NCBI RefSeq assembly: GCF_009914755.1
Contig: NC_060931.1
DNA from: the human T2T-CHM13v2.0 reference genome, Homo sapiens
Direction: 5' to 3' (one strand)
DNA length: 64,000 nt
Each line of letters begins with the position of its first letter. Positions within the stretch are counted from its first letter, which is position 1. Below the pieces are notes generated by a model. That model was not told where the DNA came from. It ran no database searches and saw only the letters and a program-made list of their open reading frames with translations. The position numbers and the translations under genes are program-made. Of the stretch, positions 58,343 through 64,000 are shown piece after piece.

Positions 58343-60889
58343 TAAATCACAAGGAATGTGAAAATGTTCCACCAAGTCCTAAGTCTGGGCAAAATTTATG
58401 GTTTGGGAATTTTAAATCAAGCCCTAACATTTATTTTCCTTTGGCAAGAGGTAAAATTGTTTAAAAAGAAACAAAAGGCTATTTATTAATGTGTGCACAT
58501 GCAAAGCCAGAGTACAGAGACTATTGAAGAAGGGACACGTGATGCCACCCTGCTGGATGGTGGTGGATCAGGCTCCTGCTCTAAGGGCTGCCAGACGAAA
58601 GCCTTGGAGAAGAAGGAAAAAGCAAACTTTCAGATGTGAAGAGCTTTCTGAACTGAAAGAACAGAGCCGGCAATGAGATGCACAAAGGATGGACAGGCAA
58701 AGGGTAGTAAGTGCTCTCAGGTGGTTGGGGCTTCGGTGGGAAAGGTGCTCCTGGGAGTGATTGATCTGGCATTGGAGAAAATCTTGAATATCAGAGGGAG
58801 GGATTTGGACTCCATCTACATGCAAAAGAGAGCTCTTGAATGCTCACTACTGTCAGCCTTTGGGTAGAATGTTCTAGCGGTCTTGTTTCATGAAAACTGA
58901 AAAGAGGAGAACCTAGTTGTAAGGTAACCACAGTGACCTTGCAAATCTTCAAGTGATGAGCAACTTTACATCAGGGGCTATAAAGGAGGGAGCAGATTTA
59001 AGAAAGGTTGAGTTAGAACAGTAGGATAGAATACCAGCTCAGTGTGAATACAGAGTCCAGCTGTGTGTTTGGTACAGATGGATGGGAAAGGGGGGCATTT
59101 ATGAACAACCAAGACTGAAACCTGCAGCTGCTCTTTTCCTTTAACCTTGGTGGTGCATCAGCTCCACATGCCTGGCTGGTCAGACAACATTCCTGAAGAT
59201 CCATGTTGATCAGGAGTGACTTTCTTTGTCGACTTTGAGAGCCATCCCTTACAAATATGGAAACACATGGCTGTTTCTCTCCACTAGTAAAGCTGTCTCC
59301 CTGTACTATTGCCAGTGAGACAAATACGCCTATTATAATAGACATACTTATCTGACAATATAATTAATTAAGACAATGTGGACTCAGCATTGGATTCTGA
59401 TTTAAATAAGTCATGTGGAAATGCTTTATACTGTTACACAGTCCTCAGGTATTAACTGTTTTATTCTACATGGAACATCCAGCTTGAGATAAGCATGGGA
59501 CACTATCTGAGCATAGAAACATGATCAAGACAAGGACTCAGTGAGAACTATGGCACTACTAAATCACAACCTAGGAGGGAATGGTAATGCTTCTAAGGCA
59601 GGTATTTTGCAATTAGGAAAATTAAGAGGAAATAAAAGCCAGTGAAAAGAATTGTCCTACTAGTTATCAAAAACACTTTTTTAAAACATTGAACATTTTT
59701 TCAAACCAAATGTCTATGGATGTGTTTTGCTAGCAATTGAATTTTTTTTTTTGAGCAAAGAGGAACCTCCACCTCCCCAGTTCCCCCACAGAATTCAAGT
59801 CCTCTTATCGTAAGTCATCGATTTGACAAAAGTCCAAATAATTGACACAGGACAGATTGACACATTCTGATTTCCAAGATTTACTTCAGGCAGCCTTGCA
59901 GATGCAGAACAAACAGACTTGATCTAGTGATCCCCACTTCCCCATATTCCTGCTGCAAAGTTGGTCACATGTGCTCAACAATATAAACAAATGCCAGGGG
60001 ACCCACCAGAGCCCATTTTGTTGAGTAACAGATATTCCAAGCAGGCACAATTTTAAGGCCTAAATATGTGAATGCCTTTAACCCTTTAGCAGTCTTTTTA
60101 GAGGTGTGCTATTTTTATTCCCCTTGTACAGATCAGAAAAGTGAGGCACAGAGAAGCTACACCAAATCCCCCACGTCAGATCTAACAAGTTGGAGAACTG
60201 AAGCAAGAATCCGGCCATTTTTACTCCAGAGCTGCTATGAACCACTATGCCACACTGTCCCTTCTATATATACAAAATGAATAGAAACTAACAACAACAA
60301 CAAATGAAAAACCAAAATATTCCTGGAGATAAGATTTAGGACTAGGACTTGGAATTATATAGCATTTGCTTTCTTTCAGAAAAGAAAATTAACATGAAAG
60401 TTTCAAAGAATCTCAACAAACATTTGATGACATTGTTTTAATCACCTTCAAAACACTTAAGATTTTTGGAATACAATTTTTGTACTTTGGGATACCTACA
60501 ATCTCTGTGAGGTGATCTCGGTCAAGTCATTTATGTCTCTTTCTGCTCAGTTTACTCATCTGTAAATTGGGGATAATTTTAAAGCTTCAAGTTTGTACTG
60601 AGGTCAGATGAAATAGGGAATGCTGAGGAATCAGCACTTCATAGTTTCCCAATATATGTGATTGGGGTGATTAAAATAAGCTCATGGATTGGGGGACACG
60701 GAATTCAAAATTCTGTATTAGGCTGTTGGGAAAAACAAAAGAGAAGGGAGAATGTTGTCTGTTGTGAAGACACAGAGGGAAAGCTGGCCTACTAGTAGTG
60801 TTCAAACCCAAAACTAAGTTATCTTACAGGCTAAATCTCTATTTAAAAAATAATAATAATAGGGGAAGGGGAAGGGAGGTTGTTTTTTT

Positions 60890-61243
60890 TAGGTTGAATT
60901 GTTGAATATGAAACAAATTCATATGAGAAAGCCTAACCCTAGTACCCAAGAATGTGACCTTATTTGGAAATAGGGTTGTTGCAGGTGTAATTAGTTAAGT
61001 TTGGATGAGGTCATACTGGAGTAGGGTGGCCCCTAATCCAATATGCCTGTGTCTCTATGCCAATGTCTGAATGTTTGTACCACCTCTCCCAAATTCATAT
61101 GCTGAAATTCCAGCCCCCAAGGTGATGGGATTAAAAAGTGGGTCTTCGGTAGCTGAGTAGGTCATGAGGGTCAACCCTCGTGAATGCGATTAGTGCCCTT
61201 GTAACAGAGGCCCCAGAGAGCTGCCTGCCATTTTTACTACCTG
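60890..61243 (+). mobile_element. MLT1B 5' part (60890-61052) followed by MLT1A 5' part (61056-61243)
   Basis: gaatgtgaccttatttggaaatagggt; second start tgtctgaatgtttgt..caaattcatatgctgaaa. Confidence 0.8.
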
Positions 61244-62051
61244 AATATTAATCTGATGATGCTGAAATTATGCTTAGGGGATTGGTCAGTTGAGGCCATT
61301 GTCTTAAGAAGAGTGTCCCCAGGGAAAAATGGTAGCAAATTTTCCAAATCCAGCTGTGAGTCTCTGGAGAGTGACCGAAACTAAGAGCTGCATGATAATT
61401 AGAGTGTTGGGCCTGTGCATTGTTAGTCTGAAGAAATGCAACAATAATAATATAGAGAAAGTAAAATTGTTTTAATGAAAAGACAAAAGACAAGTGAACA
61501 CTGAAAAAAATGGAAGAAAATTTTTGATTATTTAGAATACTAATGAAAAAAATGTGATCCAAACAATATTCCTTAAAACATTTCTGAATTATACTTTGCC
61601 TGGGGAGCTATTGACCATTCACACAGTTCCTGACATGATAGCTCCACTCAGACACAGATTCATAAAGAAAGTTGCCCTTGGTTTTATCAATCGGCAGGAA
61701 AAAAATGAGCTCCACACCAGGCACTGAACTCAGATGGTTTCTGTATTATGAGAATTTCTTCACACAGTCCACAGGGAGGAAGATGGGCCCCACACTGTGT
61801 AATTTAAATGTTTTTGACATGGATTTGGACCAAATAACATAACAAACCAGACACTGAAAACCAGAACTATGGCATTGCATGATTATTAATAAATGTCAAG
61901 ATATTTCTAAAAGTGAAAATGACTTGTACATGAATTAAGCTGGAATTCAAAGGAAAATTTTTGACTAAACCCAAAGGAAGAAAACAGTACATTACAATCA
62001 ATTAATATCTTTCTTAGATCTCTTTTAAACTACAGTTTTCTTCTTCTTCTA

Positions 62052-62198
62052 TTTTTATTTATTTATTTATTTATTTATTTTAGAGACAGGGTCTTGCTAT
62101 GTTACTCAGGCTGGCTTTGAATTCCTGGATTCAAGTAATCCTCCTGCCTCAGCCTCCCAAGTAGCTGGGACTACAGGCACACACCACCAGACCTTGCC
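62052..62198 (-). mobile_element. FLAM_A-like monomer with (TTTA)n tail
   Basis: Single arm. Confidence 0.82.
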
Positions 62199-62325
62199 CT
62201 TCTATTTTATTTTTATTAATTGCAATTTATTTGTTGATGAGCATAGAATGTTTATTATATAGTTTCCCAGAGTCTGGTTTTACTTACAGCATTATTGTAT
62301 TGTCCATTAACATGTTCCTCTGGCA

Positions 62326-64000
62326 TACTCCCATTCACAATTGCCACAAAATAACTAGGGAGGTGAAAAATCTCTACAAGGAGAACTGCAAACCACTACT
62401 CAAAGAAATCAGAGATGACACAAAGAAATGAAAAAAACATTTCATGCTCATTGATAGAAAGAATCAATTAAGGTGGCCATGCTGTCCAGAGCAATTTGTA
62501 GATTCAATGCTATTTTTATTAAACTACCACTGAGATTCTTCATGGAATTAGAAAAAACTATTTTAAAATTCATATGGAACCAAAAAAGAGCCAGAATAGT
62601 CAAGGTAATACTAAGCAGAAAAAAACAGAGCTGGAGACATAACACTACCTGACTAAACTATACTACATGGGTACAGTAACCAAAACAGCATGGTACTGGT
62701 ACAAAAACAGACACATAGACCAATGAAACAGAATAGAGAACCCAGAAATAAGGCCACACACCTACAACTATCTGATCTGTGACAAGCCTGACAAAAACAA
62801 GCTATGGGGAAAGGATCCCCTATTCAATAAATGGTGCTGGAATAACTGGCTACCCATATGCAGAAGACTGAAGCTGCACTGCTTCCTTATACCATATACA
62901 AAAATCTACTCAAGATGGATTAAAGACTTAAAGTAAAACCCAAATAAAAAAGCTGGAAGATAAGGTAGACAATACTATTCAGGACACAGGCACAGGCAAA
63001 GATTTCATGACAAAGATGCCAAAAGCAGTTGCAACAAAAGCAAAAATTGACAAATGGGATTTAATTAAACTAAAGAGCTTCTGCACAGCAAAAGAAGCTA
63101 TCAACAGCATAACCAGACAAACTACAAAAAGGGAGAATATTTTTTGCAAACTATGCATCTGACAAAGGTCTAATATTCAGCATCTATAAGCAACTTACAC
63201 AAATTTATGAGAAAAAACAACCTTATTAAGAAGTGGGCAAAGAACATGAACAGACACTTTTCAAAAGAAGACATACATGCAGCCAACAATCATATGAGAA
63301 AAAGCTCAACATCAGAGAAATGAAAATCAAAACCACAATGAGATACCATTTCACACAAGGCAGAATGACTATTATAAAAAGTAAAAAACAAAAAACAAAA
63401 ACAAAACAAACAGATGCCAGCAAAGCTGCCGAGAAAAGGGAGTGCTTATACATTGTTGGTGGGAGTGTAAATTAGTTCAACCATTATGGAAGACAGTATA
63501 GCAATTCCTCAAAGACCTAAAGAGATAAATACCATTCGCCCCAACAATCGCATTACTGGGGATATACCCAAAGGAACAGAAGTCATTCTATCACAAAGAT
63601 ACATGCATGCGTATATGTTCATTGCAGCACTATTCACAATAGCAAAGACATGGAATCAACCTAAATGTCCATCATTAATAGACTGGATAAAAAAAATGTG
63701 GTCCATATACCCCATGGAATACTACACAGCCATAAGAAAATGAAAGCATGTCTTTTGCAGGGACAAGGATGGAGCTGGAGGCCACTCTAGCAAACTAACG
63801 CAAGAACAGAAAACCAAATACTGCATTCTCTCACTTGTCAGTGGGAGCTAAATGATGAGAACACATGAACATGTTGAAGGGAACAACACACACTGGGGCC
63901 TTTTGGAAGGTGGAGATGGGAGGAGGGAGAGGATCAGGAAAAATATTTAATGAGTACTAATACCTGGGTGATGAAATAACCTGTACAACAAATCCCCATG
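62326..64000 (+). mobile_element. Older L1PA (about L1PA11-15) 3' part
   Basis: ORF2 C-terminus (MFIAALFTIAKTWNQPKCPS) and 3'UTR gggaggagggagaggatcaggaaaaata. Confidence 0.93.

Noticed and set aside
58121-58375. K/E/R-rich ORF
   Set aside because: Translation of a (TTTC)n microsatellite.

Overview
Primate (very likely human) genomic DNA, about half interspersed repeats: L1PA/L1MA/L1MB/L1MC/L1ME, AluY/S/J and FLAM, MIR, L2, Tigger1, Tigger8, MER97, MER30, MER81, MER5, MLT1 LTRs and LTR8. No intact protein-coding gene, tRNA, rRNA or CRISPR array is visible. Most ORF-track entries are repeat-derived or chance ORFs. The main non-repeat signal is a chain of about 18 short minus-strand segments (about 58.1 kb down to 4.9 kb). 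Most have AG acceptors and GT donors, many join in compatible phase, and they carry stops and frameshifts. Their translations follow, in order, motifs I recall from the CCDC162/C6orf183 (DUF4549) family. I interpret this as a decayed multi-exon CCDC162-like gene (probably a paralogous unprocessed pseudogene) that may survive as a spliced non-coding transcript. The family call is a by-eye comparison with a remembered sequence and needs HMM/tBLASTn confirmation. Also notable: a 715 bp MLT1-containing palindrome with template-switch scars, a perfect 47 bp hairpin-containing tandem duplication, a large 5'UTR deletion in the L1PA, and a possible short L1MA 3' transduction. Repeat subfamily names and many repeat boundaries are approximate.
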